Positions 28,757 through 37,960 of a DNA stretch of 64,000 nt are shown here, piece after piece. The notes beneath the pieces were generated by a model. That model was given only the letters and a program-made list of their open reading frames with translations. It was not told the DNA's origin and made no database searches. Position 1 is the stretch's first letter, and each line of letters begins with the position of its first letter. The stretch is from positions 7,375 through 71,374 of the forward strand of contig CAZBLC010000002.1 of the NCBI GenBank assembly GCA_964492835.1, written 5' to 3'. The stretch comes from an uncultured Candidatus Saccharibacteria bacterium. Lineage in GTDB: Bacteria > Patescibacteriota > Minisyncoccia > Phycocordibacterales > PALSA-1337. A program made the position numbers and the translations under genes.

Positions 28757-30841
28757 TTATATTTCCTCTATAGCACTATTTATTACATGTAAGATCACAC
28801 TACTAGTAGTATCTGGGGACTCGCCATTATCACAAGTAATTGTGAATCTGAAATCTCCGACCGTAGACGCACTAACTTCTTCTCCATCAAAAATATTTAC
28901 TAAATTGAGAGGTCTAACTGTCTTAGTCCATCCAATATCACTTTTTTGGCAATCAGTCGAACCTGAGTTTGCTAAATTCAAATAAACATTTTTACCCTTT
29001 TTAGTTGTAAGTTCACTAGAATTTTCATTTACAGCCTGTTTTCTACTTAATGACAAGTTAACACTCTTAACTGTCACCGTACCACAAGATATGTCTGGAT
29101 AAACAACATTTCCTGTACTTCTAATTTTCATACTATAACTACCACCAGTACTTGTTGTAATCGTCTTTGAAGAGACTAGACCATAATTTCTTCCATCATC
29201 AAAGCTGTACTCGATTCCAGATGGTCCAGAAGCGTTACCTGTTATAGTAACTGTAGTGTTTCTGCCTGCAATTATACTTGTTGGACTCACTGAACAACTT
29301 GCAACCAATGCTCCTCCACCTCCCCCTCCAGATGGACTAGGAGAAGGACAGTTTGTCTCAAGAACTTGACTATCTAATGTTACTGGCTGCGACCTAGCCT
29401 GTTCGACACCACCAACAACTGCAGCAACCTGATATTCATAAACTTTTCCAATCTGAGTAGGCTTCTCTATATACGTCGTTGATGTTGTAGACATTGTAGC
29501 CAGCACAGTATTCCCCGCCTTTCTATAAACGTTGTATGAGGTAGCACCCTGATACGCATTCCATGTTGCCGTCTGTGACAATTCAGACGAGTAACAACTT
29601 TTTGCTGATTTGGTAATAGCTAAATTGTAAGGATTAGCTATAACATTAACTGTGAAGGAAGTAGTCTTTGAAAGACCAGATGTTCCACTTCCCCCTCCAC
29701 TAGTCAATTGGATTGTGTCAACACGGTTTGGCACACTCACAATTTGGTAATTTATTGGACTTGATGTGATTGTACTAGCACATGCTGCATATGTTTTACC
29801 TCCCCAGACAAGACTAGTTTGTACAGGATTATATATCTGTGTACTTCCTAAATTAGATATACCAATGTACTTTATCGAATCTGATGCATCACGAACTCCG
29901 TTATCAGACATATCACATAGCTTGTTTAGCCATGCGTTTGTAGTTATTACTACACTATCCTTAGCGTTTTGGATAGAATTTGTATTATTAGCCTCCGATG
30001 CTGCATATAGCATTGATTCATCTTGTGTTTTTAGAAGTTCAATACTTGTATCACTTGGGTAAAATCCTAAACATGACAGCTGAACGATTCTTTTTCCGTT
30101 CCCCTCATACGCATCATTAATTGTAGAAACACACTCCATTATAACCCCCGCACCCGCACCAGTAGTTCCAGCACTTGTACCTTTAACTGTAACCGTATAT
30201 GTTCCAACTGGAGTAGATGTTTGTGTATTTAATGTCAATTCAGATGAACCTGTTGGTCTAACAGAACCGGAACTAAATGAATTTGATGTGGGTACGAATA
30301 TACCATTTGCCTGATCCATAACATTAGTATTAGAGCTGTTTGTTATAGAAACTACTGACAAACTAACATCTTTTGTCTCTCCGCTTGTAAGAGAGGTATT
30401 AATCATATTAACCACATCAGTACCAGCAACTACCGTCTTGTTACCACCATGACCTATTGAAAAATCAAAAACTGGAGCCGTTGAAGAGAATGTAATTGGT
30501 CTGCAATACAAACTTCCAGAAGTACTGTAGTTATTACCCATGTTATACAAATTGAATCCAACTAGAGCAGAACCGAATGGGCAGCTTGATTCTGATATCT
30601 GTGCAGGAGTAGGGCCTGCAACGTTAAATGTATATCCTAGATAGAACATTTGAAACAATTGTAGAGAATTTAGTTGTCCTGCCCCTCCCCATGGATTCTC
30701 TACCACTTTTCCATTAACAGCATATCTCTGACCAAGACTCACAGTCTGTGTCTGTGCTGATACAAAATTTGTATTAGAGAACACAATCGCCATGACAATC
30801 GCCATAAATACCACCTTTGTTATATTTTTCATTTTTGTCAT
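28757..30841 (-). CDS. large secreted surface protein with WGG/Cys repeat module, Gly linker and Ig/FN3-like regions
   Basis: 694 aa. Signal peptide. N-terminal module …VENPWGGAGQLNS…SSCPFGSALVGFNLYNMGNNYSTSGSLYC is shared with the downstream ORF. SPSPSGGGGGG linker. Thr/Ser-rich beta regions. Confidence 0.6.
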   Translation of the reverse strand: MTKMKNITKVVFMAIVMAIVFSNTNFVSAQTQTVSLGQRYAVNGKVVENPWGGAGQLNSLQLFQMFYLGYTFNVAGPTPAQISESSCPFGSALVGFNLYNMGNNYSTSGSLYCRPITFSSTAPVFDFSIGHGGNKTVVAGTDVVNMINTSLTSGETKDVSLSVVSITNSSNTNVMDQANGIFVPTSNSFSSGSVRPTGSSELTLNTQTSTPVGTYTVTVKGTSAGTTGAGAGVIMECVSTINDAYEGNGKRIVQLSCLGFYPSDTSIELLKTQDESMLYAASEANNTNSIQNAKDSVVITTNAWLNKLCDMSDNGVRDASDSIKYIGISNLGSTQIYNPVQTSLVWGGKTYAACASTITSSPINYQIVSVPNRVDTIQLTSGGGSGTSGLSKTTSFTVNVIANPYNLAITKSAKSCYSSELSQTATWNAYQGATSYNVYRKAGNTVLATMSTTSTTYIEKPTQIGKVYEYQVAAVVGGVEQARSQPVTLDSQVLETNCPSPSPSGGGGGGALVASCSVSPTSIIAGRNTTVTITGNASGPSGIEYSFDDGRNYGLVSSKTITTSTGGSYSMKIRSTGNVVYPDISCGTVTVKSVNLSLSRKQAVNENSSELTTKKGKNVYLNLANSGSTDCQKSDIGWTKTVRPLNLVNIFDGEEVSASTVGDFRFTITCDNGESPDTTSSVILHVINSAIEEI

Positions 30842-30849
30842 TTTGATTA

Positions 30850-31518
30850 TTAATTTAATTCACAAGTTAAACTATCAATACACCATGCTGGCCTCTCTTC
30901 ATCTGACCATGTGTTGTAGTTAACAACATCATTTGATGAATCAACTACTTCTCCTGATACTGGACCGCTTGTGTCGGCTAAATCAGTAAGGGAAATAGAT
31001 GCTGACCCTGTATTAGATACAGCTGATACTGAACTCTTTGCAGAAACCACCTGTCTACAATACAAATCACCGGCTATACTATAGTTCTTACCAACGTTTA
31101 GTAAGTTGAAGCCAACTAATACAGATCCATCTGGACAACTTGAGGCATCCATCTGAGTAGAATTACCGGCTGCACCCCAAGGACTCTCGATAACATGTTT
31201 CTGAACTGTTGTTGTTGCTCCTAGATTTACTGCCATTGCCTGACAATACAAGCTAGCCTGACCACTATATGACCCTCCAGTGTTGTACAAGTTAAAACCA
31301 ACTAATATAGATCCGTCTGGACAACTAGAACCACCAACATAGAATGGAGTAGTTCCATACCCGCCCCAAGGATATTCAACAACGCTCCTGTTCTTAACCT
31401 CAACCACACTTCCATAGTTTGTAGAAGGAGTCTGGGCTGAAATATATGAAGTTGATACGTATAGCCCTACAAGAGCGATTAGTATAACTAGAATTGAAGA
31501 TATTTTTTTAATATTCAT
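30850..31518 (-). CDS. secreted protein with two copies of the WGG…SSCPDGS.LVGFNL.N.G.NYS..G.LYC repeat module
   Basis: 222 aa. Signal peptide. The two internal repeats are about 45% identical to each other and to the N-terminal module of 28757-30841. Confidence 0.6.
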   Translation of the reverse strand: MNIKKISSILVILIALVGLYVSTSYISAQTPSTNYGSVVEVKNRSVVEYPWGGYGTTPFYVGGSSCPDGSILVGFNLYNTGGSYSGQASLYCQAMAVNLGATTTVQKHVIESPWGAAGNSTQMDASSCPDGSVLVGFNLLNVGKNYSIAGDLYCRQVVSAKSSVSAVSNTGSASISLTDLADTSGPVSGEVVDSSNDVVNYNTWSDEERPAWCIDSLTCELN

Positions 31519-31519
31519 A

Positions 31520-31858
31520 TTATTGATTTAATGCATTTATAACCTTTTTCATCTCGTCAGCAGATGTAGGACCATTCTTCTTGTCGTAAAGGTACATAAT
31601 ATAGTCTCTCTCCTGCTGTGTTAGTGGTCTTTCACTAACTGTATCTATTCTCTTTGTAACCTCTGCTCTTTTCTCTGATACAGAAGCTCCTTTAATATCC
31701 GCTACCTCCAAAACCTTTGCCTCCTCCCCTACAACACTCTTAGGAGTCTCATATGATTTGAATAGGACACCTGCTATTGTTATCACTCCAACTAATATCA
31801 CTAGAGAAACTAGTAATATTATCCTCTTGTTTACAATGTGCTCTGGTTCAGGTTGCAT
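31520..31858 (-). CDS. hypothetical membrane-anchored small protein
   Basis: 112 aa, single N-terminal TM, charged C-terminal domain. Confidence 0.4.
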   Translation of the reverse strand: MQPEPEHIVNKRIILLVSLVILVGVITIAGVLFKSYETPKSVVGEEAKVLEVADIKGASVSEKRAEVTKRIDTVSERPLTQQERDYIMYLYDKKNGPTSADEMKKVINALNQ

Positions 31859-32008
31859 AGATTTTAAATATAACTATTAATACATATATTTTAGCACATA
31901 TACTGTATATATAATTATCCACTTGTACACATACGCATTATGTGCTATATTAATTTACAAGAAGTTCGCTGTCGGCGAGCTATTTTTTTAAAAAAATCAA
32001 TAAAATAT

Positions 32009-33142
32009 ATGTTTGATCTAAAAGTAATTCATTCAGTTTTACAACAATTAGAGGATGAGAGAGGTATTCCTAAGGAAAAGATGCTTGAGGCTATAGAATT
32101 AGCCCTTGCTACTGCCTACAAGAAGGAATATGGCAAGAAAGGCCAGATTGTTAGAGCTATTTTCGACAATAACTCTGGAAAAGTAGAGTTTTTCCAGGTT
32201 AAGATCGTTGTAGACGAATCTAAAGTTATTATGGAAGACGAAGAGGATGAACAGGATATACAGAATATGGCTGAAGAGAACATCCGTGTTAGATTCAACC
32301 CAGAACATCATATATTGCTTGCCGACGCTAAAAAGATCAAGAAAGACGCTAAGATTGACGACGAAATCATCTTCCCTCTAGAGGAAAAGGGTGACTATGG
32401 AAGAATTGCTGCTCAAACAGCAAAGCAAGTGATAATACAGAAGATCCGTGAGGCTGAGAAGACATCAGTACTAGCTGAATATGGTAAGAAAGAAGGAGAT
32501 ATTGTCTCTGGAACAGTACAAAGAATTGAAAGAGGTGCAATATTCGTAGATATGGGACGTGCTATGGGTATAGTGTCATACGAGGATCAGATTCCTAATG
32601 AGCACTACAAGCAAGGTGAGAGAATCAGAGCCTACCTATACGCTGTAGAAGAGTCTCCTAAGGGAATTATGCTTAAACTATCTAGATCTCACCCTAAGTT
32701 CCTATCAAAACTGTTTGAAATAGAGGCTCCTGAGATAGCACAAGGTGTTGTAGAGGTAAAAGCTATAGCTCGTGAGGCTGGAGCACGCTCAAAGATAGCG
32801 GTACACTCAACTGACAGTCATATTGACCCTATAGGTTCTCTTGTAGGACAAAGAGGAGTACGTGTATCTACAGTTATGAGTGAACTAGCTGGAGAGAAGA
32901 TAGATATCATACAGTGGAATGAGGATGCTAATACCTTCATCAAAGAAGCCCTTTCCCCTGCTAAGATCATTAAAATGGACCTAAATGAACAGGAAAAGCG
33001 TGCTGTTGTACATGTTTCTGAGGATCAACAGTCACTAGCTATAGGTAAAGGAGGACAAAATGTAAGACTTGCAGCAAAACTAACAGGATGGAAGATTGAT
33101 ATTCAATCAACAGGTGTTGCATCTGAGCCAGCTAGTGTATAA
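32009..33142 (+). CDS. nusA: transcription termination/antitermination factor NusA
   Basis: Track ORF 31940-33142. The likely start is MFDLKVIHSVLQQLEDERGIPKE… (NusA N-terminal domain), followed by S1 (…GDIVSGTVQRIERGAIFVDMG…) and two KH domains (…PIGSLVGQRGVRV…, …IGKGGQNVRLAAKLTGWKIDI…). Confidence 0.9.
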   Translation: MFDLKVIHSVLQQLEDERGIPKEKMLEAIELALATAYKKEYGKKGQIVRAIFDNNSGKVEFFQVKIVVDESKVIMEDEEDEQDIQNMAEENIRVRFNPEHHILLADAKKIKKDAKIDDEIIFPLEEKGDYGRIAAQTAKQVIIQKIREAEKTSVLAEYGKKEGDIVSGTVQRIERGAIFVDMGRAMGIVSYEDQIPNEHYKQGERIRAYLYAVEESPKGIMLKLSRSHPKFLSKLFEIEAPEIAQGVVEVKAIAREAGARSKIAVHSTDSHIDPIGSLVGQRGVRVSTVMSELAGEKIDIIQWNEDANTFIKEALSPAKIIKMDLNEQEKRAVVHVSEDQQSLAIGKGGQNVRLAAKLTGWKIDIQSTGVASEPASV

Positions 33143-33185
33143 TTAACTACAAGGTTATAGACCTTTATCAGTTAATTAATACAAA

Positions 33186-34010
33186 ATGAAATTAAAATTA
33201 AATTTAACGTTTTTGCTATTACTCGCTTTGTTTGTTACTACAACAAACACAGCTTCAGCACAGCAAGGACCAGGCAATCCCCCAGTTGTTAAGCCAGCTC
33301 TCTTCAAATCAGAGGATAATAAGATGAAGTTGGAGAATAAGCCTATGATCAAGGAGAAGATTGAGGCAAACAAGGAGATCAGAAAGGATATTAGAGAGGA
33401 AAGAAAGGGTGAAGTTCGTGATATGAGAGCGTCTACAACAATGATGCTGAAGGACAAGAGAGCAGAACTTAAGGATAACAGAATGATGTTGAAGGATAAT
33501 GCTTCTACATCTCCGATGATGAAGAGAGAGATAAGAGCTTCATCAACTGAACTGTTCAAGAAGTTTAAGGATGAGAAGAGAGAGATAAAGAACACATCAA
33601 AGGTTAACGAATTTAAGATAAGAAAGGATGCTCTTGTTAAGCAACTAACTCTAACTCTTGATAACCTTACAAATATCAAAGGAAGAATTAGTGAGAGAAT
33701 CTCAGTTCTAGAAGGTGAAGGAAAAGACATGACTGATGCTAAATCAGCATTAACAGTAGCTGAAGGAAAACTAGCAGTAGCTAGAACAGCAGTTGATGCT
33801 CTAGCGAAGTATGTACCAGTTAATTCAAATGGTGCAGCAGTTGAATCAGCAACAGCTGATGTAGAACTAGCAAAGCCAAGACAAATTGGAGACGAAGCAA
33901 TCAAGGCAGTTAAAGATGCTCGCGATGCCTTCAAAGAAGTTGTAAAATACATTGCACCAGAGAAGAAGGCAGAGGTATCACCTTCTACAACAGTAGAACC
34001 TACAAACTAA
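33186..34010 (+). CDS. secreted Lys/Glu-rich coiled-coil protein
   Basis: 274 aa. Signal peptide MKLKLNLTFLLLLALFVTTTNTASA. Highly charged repetitive K/E/R sequence. Confidence 0.55.
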   Translation: MKLKLNLTFLLLLALFVTTTNTASAQQGPGNPPVVKPALFKSEDNKMKLENKPMIKEKIEANKEIRKDIREERKGEVRDMRASTTMMLKDKRAELKDNRMMLKDNASTSPMMKREIRASSTELFKKFKDEKREIKNTSKVNEFKIRKDALVKQLTLTLDNLTNIKGRISERISVLEGEGKDMTDAKSALTVAEGKLAVARTAVDALAKYVPVNSNGAAVESATADVELAKPRQIGDEAIKAVKDARDAFKEVVKYIAPEKKAEVSPSTTVEPTN

Positions 34011-34029
34011 TATAAATAACAAATAAAAT

Positions 34030-34296
34030 ATGGAATCAAATACAAATGCAAGTGGAATGATGAACGGAATGCCTCCAGTACAAAAGGAGAACAAGAAACT
34101 AGGACCAATTCTTGGTGTACTAGTTATCGCTCTAGTTATCATAATTGCAGTACTATATTTCTTCAGTCAGAAACTTAATACAAATACTGAAGTAAACACT
34201 ACAGAAACTACAGAAGTAACTTCTACATCAAGTGATGCAGCAGTTATTGAGTCAGATCTTGATGCTCAACTACAAGATATTGATTACAGTTTCTAA
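34030..34296 (+). CDS. small membrane protein
   Basis: 88 aa, single TM (LGPILGVLVIALVIIIAVLYFF), acidic Thr-rich tail. Terminator immediately downstream. Confidence 0.45.
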   Translation: MESNTNASGMMNGMPPVQKENKKLGPILGVLVIALVIIIAVLYFFSQKLNTNTEVNTTETTEVTSTSSDAAVIESDLDAQLQDIDYSF

Positions 34297-34319
34297 TTAA
34301 AATTTAGTTCAACAAAAAA

Positions 34320-34343
34320 ATCCGCTAACTGGCGGATTTTTTG
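34320..34343 (+). terminator. rho-independent terminator
   Basis: atccgctaactggcggat hairpin followed by ttttttg. Confidence 0.75.
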
Positions 34344-34358
34344 TTTATATTGTAGACT

Positions 34359-35342
34359 TTGAAAACTATGTCAAAACAAATAAAAAAAGAGGTAAAGGTT
34401 AATAAGCTTCCTAAGGCACAGGTTGAAATAACTGGTTCAGTACCCAGCGCTGAATTTGCTACATTTAGAAAGCAGGCTTTAGAGAATATTAATAATCAAG
34501 TTAATATAGATGGTTTCAGAAAAGGAAAGGTTCCTGAAGCTATACTAATTTCTAAAGTTGGTGATGCTGTAATTCTTGAAGAAATGGCGGAGCTAGCAAT
34601 TTCAAAAGCATACCCTGAGATACTTACATCAGAAAAAATTGACGCTATCGGTAGACCAGATATTGCAGTTACTAAACTTGCAGCTGACAACCCTCTTGAG
34701 TTTAAAATTGTAACTACCGTAGTTCCTGAATTTAAAATTTGTAACTATACAAAACTAGCTAAAGAAGAAAACAAGAAACCTCTTGAAACTTTTGAAGTAA
34801 CTGACAAAGAAGTTGAGGAGGCTGTCGAGAAAATTAAGAAGTCACATGCTGATCACGAAGGTCATGATCATGACTCACCTGAAGCAAAGGAGAAGATAAA
34901 GGAATACCTAGTTCAGGACAAGCAAATGAGAGCAGTTGAAAAGAAGAGAATTGCAATATCTGATGCAATGTTAGATGCTACAGAAATTGAATTACCTGAT
35001 CTAATGATAGAGAGTGAAACAAAGAGAATTGAAGCTCAGTTTGTAGATGATATAAAGAGAATGGGTGTAACACTCGAGGACTATCTAAAGCATACAAAGA
35101 AGACAATTGAGGACCTACGTACAGAGTGGAAACCGCATGCAGAGAAGAAAGCGAAGCTACAGTTAATCATTAACAAGATTGCTCAGGAAGAGAAGATTGT
35201 TGTCGATCCAAAGGATATTGAAGCTGAGGTGAAACATATAATGGATCACTACAGTGATGCAGATCATGATCATGCATACACATATGCAGAAACAGTCCTA
35301 TCAAACGAGAGAGTTTACGAATTCCTACAAGAGCAGAAATAA
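34359..35342 (+). CDS. tig: trigger factor lacking the PPIase domain
   Basis: 327 aa. The N-terminal ribosome-binding domain with …NIDGFRKGKVPEAIL… signature (GFRxGxxP) aligns to trigger-factor N-domain. The C-terminal arm domain is present. No FKBP domain. His/Asp-rich inserts (HADHEGHDHDSPE, HYSDADHDHAY). Confidence 0.75.
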   Translation: MKTMSKQIKKEVKVNKLPKAQVEITGSVPSAEFATFRKQALENINNQVNIDGFRKGKVPEAILISKVGDAVILEEMAELAISKAYPEILTSEKIDAIGRPDIAVTKLAADNPLEFKIVTTVVPEFKICNYTKLAKEENKKPLETFEVTDKEVEEAVEKIKKSHADHEGHDHDSPEAKEKIKEYLVQDKQMRAVEKKRIAISDAMLDATEIELPDLMIESETKRIEAQFVDDIKRMGVTLEDYLKHTKKTIEDLRTEWKPHAEKKAKLQLIINKIAQEEKIVVDPKDIEAEVKHIMDHYSDADHDHAYTYAETVLSNERVYEFLQEQK

Positions 35343-36035
35343 CTAGAAAACTAGTTTGGCAATAACGGCAACTACAGCTGTTTCAGAACGTAATATTTGT
35401 GGACCAAGTGAACGAGCATGCACACCATGTTTCTTAAATATTTCTTCTTCTGCTGGTGACCATCCCCCTTCTGGACCTATATATGCTCCAAGATTTTCTT
35501 CTAGATCTCGTGGAACAAATTTTGGTGCAAGTGTATGCCAAGCAATAGATTTAATATGTGCATACTTTAGTAGTGCAGACTCTAGATCACTAATCGGACA
35601 CAATACAGGAAGAGTTCCTCTTCCACTTTGTTCTGCTGCTTCGATAATAATTTTTTGAATTCTTTCTATATTAATATCTTTCTTTTCAGTTCTCTCTGAA
35701 ACTAATGGGATGATGTGAGAAACACCAAGCTCTGTTGCCTTCTGACATATCCATTCAAAGTTATCTTTCTTTACCAATGATACAAATAGGTATGTAACCT
35801 TAAGTGGTAATACAATGTTCTCTGAAACCTTTTTCAAAGTTAATGAAACGCTGTCTCCTTCATATCCTTCGATAACATAATTGAAATCAAAGCCAGAATT
35901 ATCAAACATTACTATCTCATCTCCTTTTACAAACCGAAAAACTTTTTTTAATTGACCTACTAATGACTCACGGGTGATGACTAATGAGTTCTTTCCACTT
36001 AACTTTTCTTCACTAAAAAATCGTTGTAATTTCAT
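35343..36035 (-). CDS. rsmE: 16S rRNA (uracil1498-N3)-methyltransferase RsmE family
   Basis: 230 aa. The C-terminal …GAYIGPEGGWSPAEEE…LGPQILRSETA… SPOUT knot motifs are characteristic of RsmE. Confidence 0.8.
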   Translation of the reverse strand: MKLQRFFSEEKLSGKNSLVITRESLVGQLKKVFRFVKGDEIVMFDNSGFDFNYVIEGYEGDSVSLTLKKVSENIVLPLKVTYLFVSLVKKDNFEWICQKATELGVSHIIPLVSERTEKKDINIERIQKIIIEAAEQSGRGTLPVLCPISDLESALLKYAHIKSIAWHTLAPKFVPRDLEENLGAYIGPEGGWSPAEEEIFKKHGVHARSLGPQILRSETAVVAVIAKLVF

Positions 36036-36116
36036 GTAACAATTATATACCTATTTAGATTATTTAAAAGCACATGTTACTCAAATATTAAGTCTTGAGA
36101 AACATATAAATGTTGC

Positions 36117-37169
36117 TTGACACCCCCTCCCCAAAACCACATAATGAGCCGACTATATATGCGAAGAAAGACTATTACTCCAATCCTCGGTCAGGTACTT
36201 AAAAAGATTGCTCCATCAATAGGTGCAACTGTTGTTATAGAACCTCGTTGGCAAGTTGTCGGTCAAATAACATTTCAAAATGGCAGAAGGAGATATTTCC
36301 GTGGTTCATGTATTGATCTCAATTCTCTTGGTGCATCAGAGATCGCAAAGGACAAGGATTATGCAAATATGTTTATGAATCAAATGGGCTACCCTATCGT
36401 TCCTGGAAGTAGGACTTTCTTTAAAAAGGATTTTGCTATAAAAGTTGGTGCTCCAAAAAGAGATATTAATGGTGCATGTATTTATGCAAAGAAATTAGGC
36501 TTCCCTGTCATTGTTAAACCTAACAGTGGTAGCCAAGGAACAAATGTTGCATTGGTTCACAATGAGAAGGAATTAATTAAAGCCATTAAACTAGTATTTG
36601 AAAAAGATCGTATTGCCTTGATACAAAGACCAGTATATGGAAAGGATTATAGGGTTGTTGTACTTGATAACCGAGTTATCTCAGCATATGAGCGTATTCC
36701 ATTGAATGTTATAGGTGATGGTAAGTCATCTATTGAGAAACTTCTTCTGAACAAACAAAAGCAATTCGTAAAAGACCGAAGGGATACTCGTATTAACTTC
36801 ACAGACAGAAGAATGATTGAGAAGCTGAAACATCAGGGTTTAACACTTAAGTCAGTTATTGGTAAAGACGAGCAAGTATTCCTTTTAGACAATGCTAACC
36901 TATCAACAGGTGGAGATTCTATAGATGTAACTGACAAGGTACATAAAGACTTCGAGAAAGTATCTGTGGAACTTACAAAGGATATGGGATTACGTCTGTG
37001 TGGTGTAGATCTAATGATTAACGGTGATATTGGAGAAAAACCTAATAACTACTGGATATTAGAGATCAACTCTGCGCCAGGGCTTGATCATTATGCCAAA
37101 TCTGGACTAGCACAAGAGAAGATTGTTGAGGAACTGTACCTTGAGGTATTAAAAAGCATGGAAAAGTAG
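36117..37169 (+). CDS. stand-alone ATP-grasp ligase resembling the N-terminal domain of cyanophycin synthetase
   Basis: 350 aa. …NANLSTGGDSIDVTDKVHKDF…GLRLCGVDLM…WILEINSAPGLDHY… closely follows CphA N-domain signatures (NaNLStGGtA.DvTD.vHP…GiDvv…EVNAaPGL.MH). It also has …GFPVIVKPNSGSQGTNV… (ATP-grasp B-loop). The true start may be an internal Met (MSRLYM…). Confidence 0.65.
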   Translation: MTPPPQNHIMSRLYMRRKTITPILGQVLKKIAPSIGATVVIEPRWQVVGQITFQNGRRRYFRGSCIDLNSLGASEIAKDKDYANMFMNQMGYPIVPGSRTFFKKDFAIKVGAPKRDINGACIYAKKLGFPVIVKPNSGSQGTNVALVHNEKELIKAIKLVFEKDRIALIQRPVYGKDYRVVVLDNRVISAYERIPLNVIGDGKSSIEKLLLNKQKQFVKDRRDTRINFTDRRMIEKLKHQGLTLKSVIGKDEQVFLLDNANLSTGGDSIDVTDKVHKDFEKVSVELTKDMGLRLCGVDLMINGDIGEKPNNYWILEINSAPGLDHYAKSGLAQEKIVEELYLEVLKSMEK

Positions 37170-37220
37170 GTATATTCCCTGTTTCATACATATGTTGCGA
37201 AAATTGAATCATGAGGTATT

Positions 37221-37823
37221 ATGACAACATTACTTAAATTTAAATTTGAAACAATGTTAATACCAACCGTAATTGAGAAGACAAGCATGGGTGAAAGAGC
37301 CTACGATATATATTCTAGGCTGTTAAAAGAGAATATTATATTCCTTGCTGGACCGATAGACGATCATGTAGCTAATATAGTTATAGCTCAGCTACTGTTC
37401 CTACAAGCAGAAGATCCTAAGAAAGATGTTACTTTGTATGTAAACTCACCAGGAGGAATGGTAACTGCTGGACTAGCTATCATTGATACAATGAATAACA
37501 TCAAAAACGATGTTTCTACTGTATGTGTCGGAGTTGCAGCATCAATGGGAGCCTTAATCCTATCATCTGGTAAGAAAGGTAAGAGATTTGCCCTACCAAA
37601 CTCTGAGGTTATGATTCACCAGCCACTAGGAGGTGCTGAGGGACAAGCTTCTGATATTGAGATCAGTGCGAAACACATACTTAAGACACGTGAGAGTCTA
37701 AACAAGATGCTGTCTAAGAATACAGGCCAAACTCTGTCTAAAATCGAGAAAGATGTTGATAGAAACTTCTTTATGAATGCAGAAGAGGCAGTTAAATACG
37801 GAATTGTAGACAAGATTCTTTAA
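37221..37823 (+). CDS. clpP: ATP-dependent Clp protease proteolytic subunit
   Basis: 200 aa. …[18 protein letters not shown]…, …[15 protein letters not shown]…, …[11 protein letters not shown]…, …MIHQP.GG… catalytic Ser/His context. Confidence 0.9.
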   Translation: MTTLLKFKFETMLIPTVIEKTSMGERAYDIYSRLLKENIIFLAGPIDDHVANIVIAQLLFLQAEDPKKDVTLYVNSPGGMVTAGLAIIDTMNNIKNDVSTVCVGVAASMGALILSSGKKGKRFALPNSEVMIHQPLGGAEGQASDIEISAKHILKTRESLNKMLSKNTGQTLSKIEKDVDRNFFMNAEEAVKYGIVDKIL

Positions 37824-37960
37824 TCGTGATACTGTAAGTTTGTTATAAATTTAATTTTGTTCCCTTTAAAGATATTGAAATTGAGTGTCATACCTATGAC
37901 TTTATCCGGATATTTTCTGATTACACTTGGTTAGTTTCTGATTGAGGCGAACTATTTCGC

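Noticed and set aside
33176-33952. 258-aa minus-strand ORF antisense to the secreted coiled-coil protein gene
   Set aside because: It is low-complexity Ser/Leu/Phe-rich sequence. That is the mirror image of a Lys/Glu-rich coding strand. It has no start context and lies entirely inside a better-supported gene.
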